Notes under the pieces: model-generated
Databases searched by the model: none
What the model saw: only the letters and a program-made list of their open reading frames with translations
What the model was told of the DNA's origin: nothing
From: Lama guanicoe
Lineage: Eukaryota
Assembly (NCBI GenBank): GCA_013239625.1
Contig: MU056737.1
Location: 2,683,846 to 2,747,845, forward strand
Reading direction: 5' to 3'
DNA length: 64,000 nt
In this document: positions 1 to 12,548 of the stretch, piece by piece
How the letters are laid out: each line of letters opens with the position of its first letter
Position numbering within the stretch: the stretch's first letter is position 1
Made by a program: the position numbers and the translations under genes

Positions 1-1700
1 TATGCTTGACTGAGGCTGAGCATTTTTCATAGGTATATTTATTATTCATGTTACGTCTTCTGTGAAATGCTGGTTCAGGACTTACCTGTTTTTCTTTTGG
101 GTAGTTTGTCCCTTTCTCGTTGATACGTACAATTTCTTTATATATTTGAATTCTAATTGTTTGTCCATTTTATTATGGCCAGTATTTTCTTGTGATTTAT
201 AGCTTATCCTTTCCCTCTTGTTTTGATATTTTTGGATAGGAAAAGATGTTAATTTCACTGAAATCAAATTTATGCATTTATGGTTTGCATTTATGTCTTT
301 TTAATCTGGGAGCAAAAAGACATTCTCCTAATCTTCTCCCATCTTTGTAATTTTGTCTTTCCCCCATAGGTCTTTACTCCACCTGAAATAGACTTTGAGG
401 TGGGCTGTGGAGCAGACTCACAATTGTTTTTCCATGGGAATGATCATTGTCCCAGAGCCATTTATTGAAAAGCAACTTCCTCTTCTCACTGATCTTCAGG
501 GCTGCCTCTGCCATTTGTCGTCTTCCGTGTGTGCAGGGGTTTGGTTTCAGACTCTGTGCTGACCCGCTGGCCTCTTGTCTGCTGATGGGACAGAACCACA
601 CGTCCCGAGTGAGTGTAGCTTCATGGTAGGTGTGGCGCATCCTGTCAGCAGTCGGGGTTGCTGCGTCTGTTGCACCAGGCGCGCATGCTGAGCTCCAGGC
701 ACGTCCTGGCCATCATCTTTGGTACTTTGTGTGTGTGTGTGTGTGTTCTCTCAGAATCTCTTTGGGGAGATAAGTTGGAGCTGCGTTACATCTATACACC
801 GGTTGTGGGAGAATTTATAACCTTCAGCTCTTGACCTTTCCAGTACCTGGTATAGCTGCCTATTTACTTTTTCAAAAAATGTCTTTCACTAAAGCCTTTT
901 AATTTTCCCCATAAATTTCTTGTGCGTATTTGACTTTCGTTTATTCCTAGGTATTAGAGTATTTTTGGAACTACTGCATTTATTTCATTTTTTAAAATGA
1001 AATTTTTTGAATTTATATTCGCTGGTGAATAGAATCGTAGTTGACTTCTTACATGATTTCATACCCATCAGACTTGCTAACCTCATTTAATTCCAATAGT
1101 TCATCTGTGGTTTCTCTGGACTGTGGATTTAGGCGATCGTAGCCTCTCCAAACGGGGACACATTTGTTTCTTCCTCCCCACCCTGCTCCCTCTGCCCCTC
1201 TCTGCCTCGCCGTGCTGTGCTCGACCACCAGCACTACGCGGGGTAGGATGGTGGTGGCAGGAACCCAGTCCCCGTCTTCTGTCTGATCATGAAGGGAACG
1301 CTTCCACCGTTTACTGTGAAGCTGCTGCAGGCTTACGTGGTAGACGGCCCTGGACCAGTTCAAGGAGGGTCATTTCTGTTTCTAGTTTGTGCTGAAGTTT
1401 TGCTCTTTGTTTTGTTTTTGCTTTTGCCGTTGTGGTTTGTGTTCAGTTATTCATTATCTTGAATGGATTCTGAATTTTGAAGTGTGTTTTCTGTGTCTGT
1501 TGAGATGACCCACACGGCTTTTCTTCTTTAATCTCTCTGTGTAATGTTTTATTGATCAACAGAAACCCAGCCACGTTACTAGGATAAATCCAACTAGATA
1601 AATCCGACTTTCTTAAAGACATACACATTTTGCTGGATTTTTTCAAACTAATACTGTCTTCAGGACTTTTGCATCTATGTTCATGAATAAAATCGATCTA
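1..1700 (-). mobile_element. Old L1 (L1M-type) ORF2 fossil, fragmented
   Basis: T-rich sequence with typical antisense L1 phrases: gctgagcatttttcat, cccagagccatttattgaaaag, tttattcctaggtatt, ggacttttgcatctatgttcatga. Confidence 0.75.
728..745. repeat. (TG)n microsatellite, ~9 units
   Basis: Read directly from sequence. Confidence 0.9.
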
Positions 1701-2029
1701 CTAATGTGGTGATAAATACACTACTGAAGGAGATTGACGTCACTTTATTAAAATGGTGCTTAAATAGGTGCAAACATAAAACTAGATATAAACCTACATA
1801 ACTGATGAAGCCAAGTGTAATTTACCAGCTAACTTCGACAAACCTGTAAAACCAACAAACCGAAAAGCTGCAGTCAGCTTCCAGCACTGGCGCTGCGCGG
1901 AGCCCGGCTCGCGGCTGAAGCGTGGTTGTGATGCCGGCCGTTCCGGCGCGACCTTTTCTGCTCCTGGCCTGTCTCACCCTGCGCCGCGCTGCGACCCAGG
2001 TCCCCGGGCCTTCTCCTCACTCGGCTGCT

Positions 2030-2330
2030 GAGGGACCATCTTTGGAATAAAGCAGCATGAAATGATGGTTGCTTTGCTTGGCAGAAATCTACTGCTTACA
2101 CGCCACTGTCTCGCCGGCCCAGGGCAGCTGAAGTCGTGTTGTTGGCAGTCACGTGCTTGTAAACGTACCTGCGCGGGCAACTAGGTGACTGGACTTGTTT
2201 GCCAGACAGTCGTCCGGGTGGCCTAGAACGTGCCACGTTAATTTTACTAAGATGTTCATCAAAGTGAACAGGTGAAACCTTAGCATCCTTTGAAGGAATG
2301 TATGTGCTCAGACGCCTAGGTTACCATCGG
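2030..2330 (+). mobile_element. Possible hAT-Charlie transposase fossil
   Basis: Frameshifted traces, in the correct order, of NLLL-HT, EVRWLSRGKVL (gaagtcgtg..tggcagtcacgt..aaacgtacctgcgc) and DIFSKLNEVNLSLQG (gatgttcatcaaagtgaacaggtgaaaccttagcatcctttgaagg). Very degraded. Confidence 0.35.
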
Positions 2331-3436
2331 TCAGCGTGAGGGCATCTGGAGGACATCCACGCAGAGTTTTGTTTCCTTTCCCAGAAGGAGCCATCAGTAA
2401 GGCTCGTGAAGCTGCCTTCAGGGCAGTGTCAGCCTTCCATCGGGAGCGGCACCAATGACAAACATGCAGTAGAACCGTGGGGACGGTGAGCAGGGTTTAG
2501 GTGAGTCCTGGAGCTTGGGCAGTGGCGGGGGGCCCATCCAGGACTCGGCATGTGGGCAGCACAGCTTGTCGCACTGTCAGTAACCTGTCCATCACGACAA
2601 AGAAGATAAATGAGCTGTGTCCGCGGAACCGCAGTGCCCTCCTGGCCGGTGAAGCTGTCTTCCCCGTGGAGCCATTGCAGCCTAAGGGAGGGGGAGGAAT
2701 GGCGCCACCAGCTGGGACGGGCAGCCTGCAGCCGGGACCCTCCCCCCTGGCACAAGGCGCCAGAAGAGGGGCTGGCTTCCTCCCCCGCACCCTCTGCGCA
2801 GACCTCGCACCCAGGCCCGGGGTCGTTGCCCCCTGCAGCTGCCTTTATTCTCATTTCAGCCTGATTTGCAGTGAGTGGAAGTGTGGAGGACAGGAAGGAA
2901 GCCTGGCTCCACTTGCTCTCATCTCTGCCCCCTGGTGACACTGGCCATAATGAACCCGGCTCATTCAGCGGTCTTTGCACACCTTCTGCATACAAGGCAG
3001 CCCACTGCCTTAAGGACCTGTGATCACGTGCTCCCCGTGGCTCCACCCTCCTGTTGTACCAGGTGGATAAAGCAAGGCTGGTGAGGCCAGGAACACTTTC
3101 CAGGGTTTTGTTTCGTGATGCACCATCCTGGCTGCACAGAAACCACCTGTGAGCAGCAACTTCACGGTGTTTTGATGCTACCCAAACACTTCCTTAGGCC
3201 GGTTTCTCTCCACACCCCCCAGATGGGGGCCCTTAATCTTACAGAACAAAGTGAGGAGCACTGGGTGGATGGTCTGGGCGTGAGTTTAGGTTCTGCATGA
3301 GGAAGCGTTGAGGAGGGTTGAAGCACACAGTGAGGAAGTCATTCCGTGTTCAGTTCTCTTTCAAACGTCAGCTTTTAGTCCAGGAGAAGGTCCCTGACAG
3401 CCCCCAGGGCACGCTGGTCTCCTTTTAAGCAGAGAC

Positions 3437-3566
3437 GGGGGAGGGGACACAGCACAGTGGTAGAGCGTGTGCTTGGCCTGCACGAGGCCCTGGGTTCATC
3501 CCTGGTACCTCCATCAAAATAAATAAATAAATAAGCCTAACTACCCCCCCGCCCCAACCCCCAAAA
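3437..3566 (+). mobile_element. Camelid tRNA-derived SINE (Vic-1-like)
   Basis: ggggagggg..cagtggtagagcg (A box) .. gggttcatccctggtacctcc (B box with a 1-nt deletion), then (AAAT)n, cctaactacccccc and an A-rich end. Matches my recollection of the camelid SINE. Confidence 0.85.
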
Positions 3567-3919
3567 TCGCAAAGAGCGCTAAGCCTCGGGCCCGGCCCTG
3601 CAGGAGGCCTGGGCAGGTTTAGAAAGAGTGTCTTGTTTTGTTGCTGTTTATTTATGCCGACCACCCCTTCTCTGCTGAGAACACTGGTGTTCCCTGTACG
3701 CCAGAGACAAAGAGTCCCTTACAAGTGCAACTCGCTTACATTGAAAGAGAGAAATGACTGGGGAAAGTAACGTGCACAGCAGCGCCGGTGGCACTCAGAG
3801 CACACCCAGACGCGGGGGTGGGTGGCGCTCAACCAGACCTTGGGACGCGCTCCTGCGGTGAAGAGAACAGGCAAGCTCAGCAGCTGCCGGGCTGGACAGA
3901 AGCCCGGCCCTGCCGCTCA

Positions 3920-4300
3920 CGGGGCCGTGTGATTTCAAGGACCCCTCAGAGCCTTGGTCTCCTCCCCTGTAAGGGGTAGAAGGACCCCCGGGGTGCTGGG
4001 AGGGCTGCCGGAGCCTCGCGTGGCATAGTGAATGTTAGCTTTCTCCCTTGGCCGCTGATGTGGAAGGAGAAACCCGAGAGTGTCTTGAATCTGAGCCAAA
4101 GGTAGAATTCTGGCTCAAAGGATGAGACAATTTCAGAACAGAAGAACATAGACTTTGGAGCCAAGTGACCCTCTTACTTTTCTTACCTTGAACCCTCTGA
4201 GTCAGTTTCCTTGTCCGCAAAACGAGGATGATTAAGATGCCTGCTTTGTGTGATTACTGGGAGAACCTGGCGGAGTGTATGCACTCGCACCACACGGTGG
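3920..4300 (+). mobile_element. MIR SINE fragments
   Basis: Core-like segments: gtgacc...aaccctctgagtcagtttccttgtccgcaaaacgaggatgat, and ctcagagccttggtctcctcccctgtaagggg. Confidence 0.6.
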
Positions 4301-4800
4301 TGATCACGCACAGGACGCAGCAGGCGCTTGGAAACGCGGCTCTTCGTTGTGGTCCAGATCAGCGGATGAGTGTGACTTCCCTTCCTCACTTGGTGGCCAG
4401 CTTTTTCTTTCGGGTCGTGTCCTCGTGTGCACAGGACACCCTCCGGTGCTGGTAGGGGAATCATTTATAAGAGTCTGGGCTCAAGAAGCACCAGCGTGGC
4501 CAGGGGTCGCCCTCCAGGGGTTCTCAGTTGCCACTCCCGTGATGCAGGCGTCACTGCAGGTTCTGAGCAGAGACGCACCCACCGCGTTAGTGAGAGGTTC
4601 AGGGCGTGGGACGCACAGCTCACCGCCCTCCTCCTCCTGCACCACTTCTGTTTGAGAACTGTTACCTCTCCTTACTTTTCCACTGCCGGTTACATGTCAC
4701 CTTTCAAGAGGCCTTTTCAGGATCAAAGGGTGGTGACTGGGCGCCTCTAACAGGAATTTGTGTGAGGTGACAGCCTCTACACTTAATGTGGATTGCAGCA

Positions 4801-5281
4801 CCGATCTTCCTTGGCTTCCAGTGGGGTTACGGCCCAATAAACCCGTCGTAAACTGAAAAACTCCTAAGTCAAAATGCATTTACTGCCCCTGCCCCACCTC
4901 ACAGCACAGCTTAGCCCGGCCCACCTTACACGTGCTCAGGACGCTCCCGTTAGCCTACAGGTGGGCAGAACCCTCCAGCACAAAGCCTGCTCTACAGTGA
5001 GGGTTGAGCGTCTCGTGTTGTTTACTGGAGGCTGTACTGACGGTGGAAAGCGGCACGTCTGTCTGGGTCCGGGATGGAGGTCAGAGCGTCGTGGTTTCCC
5101 CTCGTGATCGCGGGGCTGCCTGGGGGCTGCGCTCACTGCCCCGCCCAGCATCCCGAGACGGGATCGGTCCGCAGAGCAAACTTCGGAGCCCCAAGTACAG
5201 CTTCTGCTGAATGCGTGTGGCTTTCCCACCACCATAAAACTGAAGTCGTAAGTGGGACCATCGTGCGTGGGGGTCCGTCTG
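4801..5281 (+). mobile_element. Tigger4 (Zombi) non-autonomous Tc1/mariner-type DNA transposon
   Basis: ggggttacggcccaataaacccgtcgtaa..gtcaaaatgcattta..agcttagcc..ttagcctacag..cacaaagcct..ctgaatgcg..accatcgt..gggtccgtctg follows the recalled Tigger4 consensus end to end, with degenerate terminal inverted repeats. Confidence 0.85.
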
Positions 5282-6861
5282 TGTCACTGTCATCCCGCAG
5301 TGACGACAATGGGCTAGTTCTCAGCAGGGGAGAGAGACCCTGAGGCAGCCCCGAAGGAAGCCCCTCACTGATGGAGGTCCCATTAATTCTCCTCCAAGTC
5401 ACATCTCCATGACCCAAGTGATCTTATGCAGCTTAAATGTCTCCTGAAATTACAAGGAGTCTGAAATTTTGCCTTATTAATTTGCATTTTCATTTTGCTA
5501 AAAATCTGGAGTGCACTGATTTTCCAGAAGTGCTAATTACCAAGCTCACAGCAGAAGATTGGCTGCATATTAAAATATTTCACCACATGCTCCCTGCTGA
5601 GCTCAAAGCCGAGCCAGGCGCCCAGGTGGGTGGCGGGGAGGCCCCTGGCAGGGGCGGCCTCTTTTGAAACAGGCAGGCGGGGCTCCTTAGGCGGTGCCTC
5701 TAAGGCAGTCACTGCCATGGCTGTCTTTAAGAGAAGTGTGTCCTTCAGTGCAAGGCTGGATGTGTGACATCAGACGACCAGGCCTTCTCTGGCCACCCTC
5801 CTCCCCCAGCTCCAGCCATGGTTCCTGTCGTGTGATGTGTCACCGTCCTGTGGCTCCTTGTGAGTCTAGGAGGACCTGGAATGCTCCGGCTAAGCCTGAG
5901 CAAAAGCAGCCCTTCTCTGAAGGACCATCCCAGGTGCCGTCACAGCTGGCGCACCTGTGCGGGCATGCGGGCGTGAGCGTCCGCACAAGGAGGTGCGGGA
6001 AGTGGGACTTATATCCGTGGTTTTCCTCACTGATCATCCCGGGGGTTTTCCACCCACGACACAAATAGTGAAGATCAGCTGAGCCCTCCCAGCCATTTAT
6101 GGGTCACCTGAACCCAGGGTGACAGGCTCTCCCAGTTTTTCTGGAATGTCCAGTGCTAACGCCAGGCAGTCCCGGATAGGCGGGGTGCCTGCTCACCTGC
6201 TGGCAGCCCCTAAGGAGCACCGATACCACCTTGGGCATTTCAGAGGGCATCTTCTGTTTTGTCATTAACAGGCACCCTGGGCCTGTGGCTGGCGAGTTGA
6301 AGAGAGGTGGGGGTGACATGGTGGGAGGTGGGAGCTGGAGGGGCAGGTCCCAGACACCGCCCCCTCTCTCCGTGTGACCCCGAGATGCGGTGTCACGTTG
6401 GAGCAGAAGGTGAGGCTGCATGAGGCCCCCAGGAGCTCAGCTGCGGCCGGAGCTGGAAGAGCTGGGGTGGGGGGGGGGCACCAGGCTGGAGACGAAGAAC
6501 TCAAGACGGCTCAGGCTGATACATCGGCCCTGTGTTTGCCCCGAGCTGTGTCAGCGCTTGTGCAAGATAAAGGAAGAATCGAGGACGCGACCGTGGCCTA
6601 AAGGAGATTACTATTTGGACGAGACATATGGACATGACATAATCTAGGGAAGTTATTACAGAATTGTAGAAACTAGAGTCTTAACGCCCCTGTGTTTTGA
6701 GACGAGGAATTGTGCTTAGTGATTGCTGCAGTTCCGAGATTAAGATTCACTTCATCACATAGTAGTGACCGGTGTCCGTGAGTTAGAGGAAGGTAGTCAT
6801 GGAAGGCTTCCTGAAGGAGGTGGAACAGACACGGGCTTTGCAGAGCAGGACGGGAAGGCAT

Positions 6862-7192
6862 TGCTATGGACCGAATGTTTGCATCCCCCCAAATTCACAT
6901 GTGGAAACCTTTATCCCCAGGGTGATGTCTTAGACGGGGAGCCTTGGGGGTGATTAGGTCGTGAGGATGGTGCCCTTATGAGTGGAAGTGGTGCAGAGAC
7001 ACAAGAGAGGTGATTTGTCTCTTCTCCACATGAGGACACAGCAAGAAGGTGCAGTCTGTGAACCGGGAGGAAGGTCCTCAGCAGAACTCACCCACGCTGG
7101 CACCCTGATCTCAGACTTCCAGCCTGCAGAGTGTGAGCTATAAATGTTTGCTGGTCCATGGTGTTCTGTTTCAGCAGCCCCGGCCAATGAGA
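6862..7192 (+). mobile_element. MaLR solo LTR (MLT1A/B-like)
   Basis: Starts tgctatggaccgaatgtttg. Contains tgaggacacagcaagaagg, gctggcaccctgatctcagacttccagcct and ataaatgtttg. Confidence 0.88.
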
Positions 7193-8759
7193 GGCGTTAA
7201 TGAGACCTGGAGGCAGGGTGTGAGCGGTGTTGCGCCGAGAGGTGAGTGTCTCCAGGCATTGCGAGGTCGCCGGCCTGACTCTCAGTGACTGGCCAAGATG
7301 CATGGCCCTGGAGAATGCATTCCTCCAGACATTTCTTTAGCACTAGTTTCAGAGGGTACCCCTGAGTGTCAGATGGAGCAGCCTGGTCCAGAGGCCAGAG
7401 CAGATCCTGGAGCTAAGAGCTTGGGCCGAACCCTAGCTGAGCCGCTGGGCCAATCGCTCCACCTCTCTGCATTCCATTTGCCTTGAACCTGGGGATCAAA
7501 GCAGCACGTGCCCAGGGGCTCGTACGAGGCTGTAATTTTAAACACTCGTGAGGCACGTCAGTGTGTGTTTAATGAAAGGCTGTGGCCAGTGCTGTGGTGC
7601 GAGCAGCCGTGGCCCCCCCACCAGGCAGATCTCGGAAGAATGACCGGGACCCACCCCAGGGCGGCTCTGCGAGTCACAGTCGTGTTTGTGCATCAGACAG
7701 GAGGGAGGCCTGCCATGGGCAGGGGCCATCAGGACGACAGAGCCCTGCCCGAGGGAGTGCAGGGAACAGGACGCTGGGTTCCAGAAGGTTCCTGACTCCT
7801 GCTCTGGTCACTGGGCCCCACATTGTGATGCTGGGATACTTAGCAGCTCCTCTCAGGGCTCGGATCCAGGCGCTGAGGAACTGGAGTGGAATGAGTGTGG
7901 AGCAGGTGTCCACCCTGCACTGAGATCTGCCCACGTGCTCTGCACCGGCGCACAAGGGCACCTGGCGACCGAGAGAGCTAGTCTCAGGGACGTCTGGTGG
8001 GCCACCCCAGGCTGTGTCGGGTGGGCAGTGGAGCTGCTCTGAGTCCAGGCTGCCCGCTTTGGGAGATTTAAGTGACCCTGCCTCATGCCCCGAATGCTAC
8101 CTCATACCCATCAGGAGCCTATGCGTCTCTCCCGGGCCCTCGCTGCACCTTCCCTCTGCTGGGCGCTTCCAGAGTCGTCTGTGCCATCTGACGTCAAACT
8201 CTGGACCGGAAGGGCTCCGCTGCTCCCACCGCAGCATGCATGTGAGAGGCAGGGCGGGGCTGCCGGCTCGGCTCCAGGTGGCCCCGTCTGGTCCCTCCCA
8301 CCCTAGCGCTGGGTGGTGGAGGACTGGCCGCTGCCCCACGGATGCTGTCCTGCCAGCCCAGACGGTGGGAAGATGCTGACGTCTCTTTTGGCAGCAGCAA
8401 CGCAGGTGCCCAGTTAGGTCTGGTCCTGGGGGAGCAGAGCCCCGGCGCTGCGGGGCTGGAGACGCCCACCGTGTCTTTGCTCGTCTCTGGAATGTCGATT
8501 GCAGTTGAGATGAATGATCCGTTGACGCAGGGACCCGTTTGAGACAGAGGCAACAGTGAGAGAAGCAGCGAGCGCTGGAGTGAACGGGGTGGTGTCGGAC
8601 GTGAAAGCACCACCCCCTGAGGTTCCCCACCCCGGCGGGGCTCCCCACCCCTGCGCTGTCTCTGCTGCCCCACCCCGTGTGCCCCGCAGGGTTTAGGATG
8701 GCGGCTGTTCATTATTTTATCCCCCGTTTCCAGTGCTGGTGCCAGGTTCATTTCAGGTA

Positions 8760-9600
8760 GTTGGTTAATTTTTATTATTTATTGATTTTCCCGTTGTAAA
8801 GGTAATCCAGAACAGAAAGTAGAAAACACAGAAAGTAGCGGGGAAATTTTCTTACAGTCGGGACCAGTAGACCCGGGATCCATAGACAGTCACTACTGAT
8901 ATTTTAGTTTATTCCCTTAGTCTTGTTTCCAAGAGCAGACACACTTAGTTATAATAACAACTATAGCTGTAGTAATTATTTTACAGTTACAGTAATTAGT
9001 TTTGTATCACAACACTTTGCCCACTGTGATTCAGTTTGCATTTCATACAATTAAATGCTTGTTCTAAACATAATTGTTAAATAGTTACATAATATTTCAT
9101 TGAATGGATTTACAAAAGTTTAGCCATTTTTCTGTTGGGCGTCTGTACTATTTACAAAATTCAGTTTTACAGTTGATGCAGTGAAATAACTCTGGCCTGA
9201 AATATTCGTGACAAGAAATAACCGAGTCAAAAAGTAGGAACACACTTTTTTTTTGCCCATTGATTTCTTTTTTAATTGAAGTATTGAATGCTTTTTTAAG
9301 GTAAATAATACATATTTTCAAATTGTTTTGTGTGCTTAATCAGTCACATACTTACTGCATAAGGCAGCAGGCTTTATCATTTAAAATTTTGCTGATTCTG
9401 TAATTTTTCAAAACTCTTTGCTGATATAATTCAATTACACAGCTATTTAAATTGGCATGTATTTAATTATATCCCTTAGTTGATTAAATTAATGTGTATT
9501 TAATAGTAGGGTGATTATTTTCCATAAATTAATACCCGTGGCATCTTTGTCGTGAATTTTCTGGTTTTATTCTAGGTCCCTTTATCTTTTATTGTCTTGG
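8760..9600 (-). mobile_element. AT-rich old L1 (L1ME-like) remnants
   Basis: Abrupt AT-rich block with L1 3'-region-like phrases (taatatttcattgaatggat, agccatttttctgttgggc, gagtcaaaaagtagg). Confidence 0.5.
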
Positions 9601-10624
9601 TGTATGACTAATAGAAAAGATCGCTGATGAGGAGCTCGAAAGGTAGCAGAAATTGTCCTCGAGCGCCTCACAGCGTGGCCCGGAGCTGGTCCCAGCAGAG
9701 CCGTGGCAACCGTCTCCCAAGCACAGATGCTGGAGACGGTGAGCTTCTGAGCTGGACTCGCTCTGGCTCCCTCGCGCACGGTCTGGGGAGGTGCTGATGA
9801 GCAGTGACCAGCTGAGGGGTGAAGAGCCAGAGGAGACGGGAGCTTCAAAGACCGGGGGTCACCCGCAGACTGGATAATGAGCCCGGAGCGGCTGGAGACA
9901 AGGCTGGTGGTTTGTCACAGCACCTTGAGAAGAGCAAAGTTCTGAGACCCGTCACCCCGGCAACGTCGGAGGGGGTGTCTGAGAGGGAAGAGCTGGTGGC
10001 GTGTGCGGGACGGTGTAGTGGGTCCGCGTCCCCTCAGAGCCAGCGCTGCTACACGTTAAATGCCTGGTGCGACACAGGCGGCTCAGCCAGGAAGGCCTGG
10101 GTAGCGTTTCCGTGGGCACAGAGCCCCTTGTGTTTGGACTGTACCCAGAAAGGCCCAGAAACTCACCGAGAGGGGAATGGAATTTTCCGTCACCTGCAGA
10201 AGATACTGGGAGATTGATTCACTTCTTGAGTCAGAAGACAGTGTTTGGCAACCGATGAGGCTTGAATTTAGGTGCGATATAGAAAGATTGAGAGAGTGCT
10301 CAGGCTGCTTCCTCCCGGTCAGCAAATCTGCCCGCTCTCTCCACGCCCTTAGAGAGCTTTTGGTCCTCAGTCTGTGTCTTCACTCAGACCCCCTCCCGTG
10401 AAGACCCGGCGGTCCAGCCATTCCCACCCGGACAGGAGCTCGGAAGCGTTTATGATCAGCGGGAGAGCGAGCGGGTCGCAGCGTGCGTCAGTCCCCAGGG
10501 GGCTCGCCGGGACCCCGCTGGTCTGGGGACGTCCTGAGAACTAGCCTTTCTGCGGGTTCCCAGGGGCTGCTGCGCCACTGGCCCCAGGCCGTCGTTGGAG
10601 AATCCCGGGCTTACGGGCCAAGCA

Positions 10625-10735
10625 GCTCGTTTCTGATTCTGTCACTTACTAGCACTGTGACCTTGCGTTAAAGCTTAACTTTCCTGAGCCTGAGTCTTGT
10701 TTCTATAAAACAGGACTAACGTCTTCCTTTCCAAG
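10625..10735 (+). mobile_element. MIR SINE
   Basis: ctgtcacttactagcactgtgaccttg..cttaactttcctgagcct..ctataaaacagg. Confidence 0.7.
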
Positions 10736-12084
10736 GTGTCCAGACAGCGAGAGGCCACAGATCACGGGCTCTGGAGCGCGCTGCCTGGATCCACACCCTG
10801 GCGTCTCCCTCTTGGGCGAGCGTGGCCTTTCTGAATCCGGTGTCCCTGCCCCTCTAAGAGCGTCTCTAGTGCCCGGCACTGCAGTGCGCCCTCAGCACTG
10901 GTATGACGCCGCTAACCAACAAATATCCAGCCCCAAGTGCCTTGTGTGCGAGGCTCTGATGTGGGCGTAAGAGCCAACACAGGCTCGGGTCTCCGTTTTC
11001 TTGGAGATTATAATTTTGTAGGGAGACAACCTAAAGAGAATTTAGTAACTGGGAGTTTTGATAAGTGCTCCACACACAGCTCAGAAAGCAACGGGGCAGC
11101 ATCACTTTGCGGAAGGAGAGCCCGTGCAGTGGAATGACAAGAGAAGGTGTCCGGGCCGTTAGACACTCCAGCTGAGCCAAGAGTCCTTGAGGCCAAGAGG
11201 AGAAAGTGGACGCCAGGGGCTCCCTGTGGTCCTGAGTGATTGGCCTGGGCTGATGCTGGCTTATTCAGAGGCCAGTTCCAAAATACATTGTCAGTTCTTG
11301 CAGTGAAGCCCCCAGGAGACTGTTCTGCGTTAGCATGAAGACGCGCTGCCCCCCAAGTGGGGACTGCCGCTGAGCGCTCAGCCAGCCAGCCAGGCATAAA
11401 ACAGAAGCACACAGTCTCCTGGGTCGGGTAACCCGGTAAACCCCACCGTCCTTGCGCTGGTGGGACAAGAGTTGCGCAGACCAGCTGTAACTGGTGATCG
11501 CAGCACGTCTGATGGCTGCTTTCCGCTCGGCAGAGGAGACAGCCTCCCACCGAGAGGGGTGGGGGGCCCTCTCCAGGAGTTTGCCACGCTGCCTAAAAGC
11601 CCCTGATAGAGGCCCCCTGTGTGTCTTTGAAGTGTCCTTTCCACGCTGAATCCTTTAAAGAGAAGCAGTTTGTTCAGTGGTTGATGCTAATACCAGACGG
11701 TGAATTATTCCGTGGCATCTCCCGGTGACACGAGATGAGGCACTAGGGCAGGAGGGAGCGGGTGCCTGAGGAACGGCACGGCCCCCGTCCAGGTGCCGCC
11801 AGGGACAGCGCCAGGCCTCGGGCGGGGGCTGCGGTGCCAGCTGAAGACAGAAGGGGGAAGGAGCAGGTGGCATGATAACTGGGGCTTTACTGACATGTAT
11901 AGAGTCTGTTTCCCCCTTGACTGCAGCACGTTGGGGTCACTGTGAGCGCTGAATTTTGCCTTCATGCTAAGTGGGTCTCCTTTCGAATACAAGTGTGGTG
12001 ATACCTTCACTAGTCAATTTCCTAGGCGTCCTTTCCTGATCTCAGATACCCGTGAGCCTTTGGATTCCAGTGTCAAGTGTGGAG

Positions 12085-12230
12085 GGAACCTCAGAATCAT
12101 CCCGTCAGCCTCGTGCTTTGCAGGGAAGGACGTGAGATAGAGCGGGGTGAAGCGACCTGCTCAAAGCTGGACAACTCGTGGGCTCAGCGAAAACTGAGGT
12201 TTCTGCTTCAAGCCCAGCGTTGCCTCTGCT
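12085..12230 (-). mobile_element. MIR SINE
   Basis: tttgcagggaaggacgtgagatagagcggggtgaagcgacctgctcaaagct resembles the antisense MIR core. Confidence 0.55.
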
Positions 12231-12495
12231 TCACCCTCCAGCCGAGCTGAGCTGCTGCCTCTCAGCCAGGTGCTGAGCCGTTCCGTTCAGTTCCCTTTGG
12301 ACCTTGATTTTCCACAACTAGAGGTTGAGTCGTGCCCAGTGATGGTGGTGCTCCCCTTCCTGGGTGCCGAGATAACTGGCCCCTTCACTGGGTCCATGTG
12401 GCTCTGAGCTTTATTGTAAACACCCTGCGAACATGAGGGTGGGCACTTTTACTGTCATCAGCTTTGAAAGCGATTAGGGATATCGAAGGTACAGC

Positions 12496-12548
12496 ACACT
12501 TACACACACGCGCATGCACACACACATGCACACACACGCATGCACACG
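12496..12548. repeat. Imperfect (CA)n/(CATG) microsatellite
   Basis: Read directly from sequence. Confidence 0.85.

Noticed and set aside
3437-3512. tRNA gene
   Set aside because: Damaged B box, no intact cloverleaf and a SINE-type tail: a tRNA-derived SINE.
11792-11812. REST/RE1 site
   Set aside because: Only the right half-site (GGACAGCGCC) matches; the left half does not.
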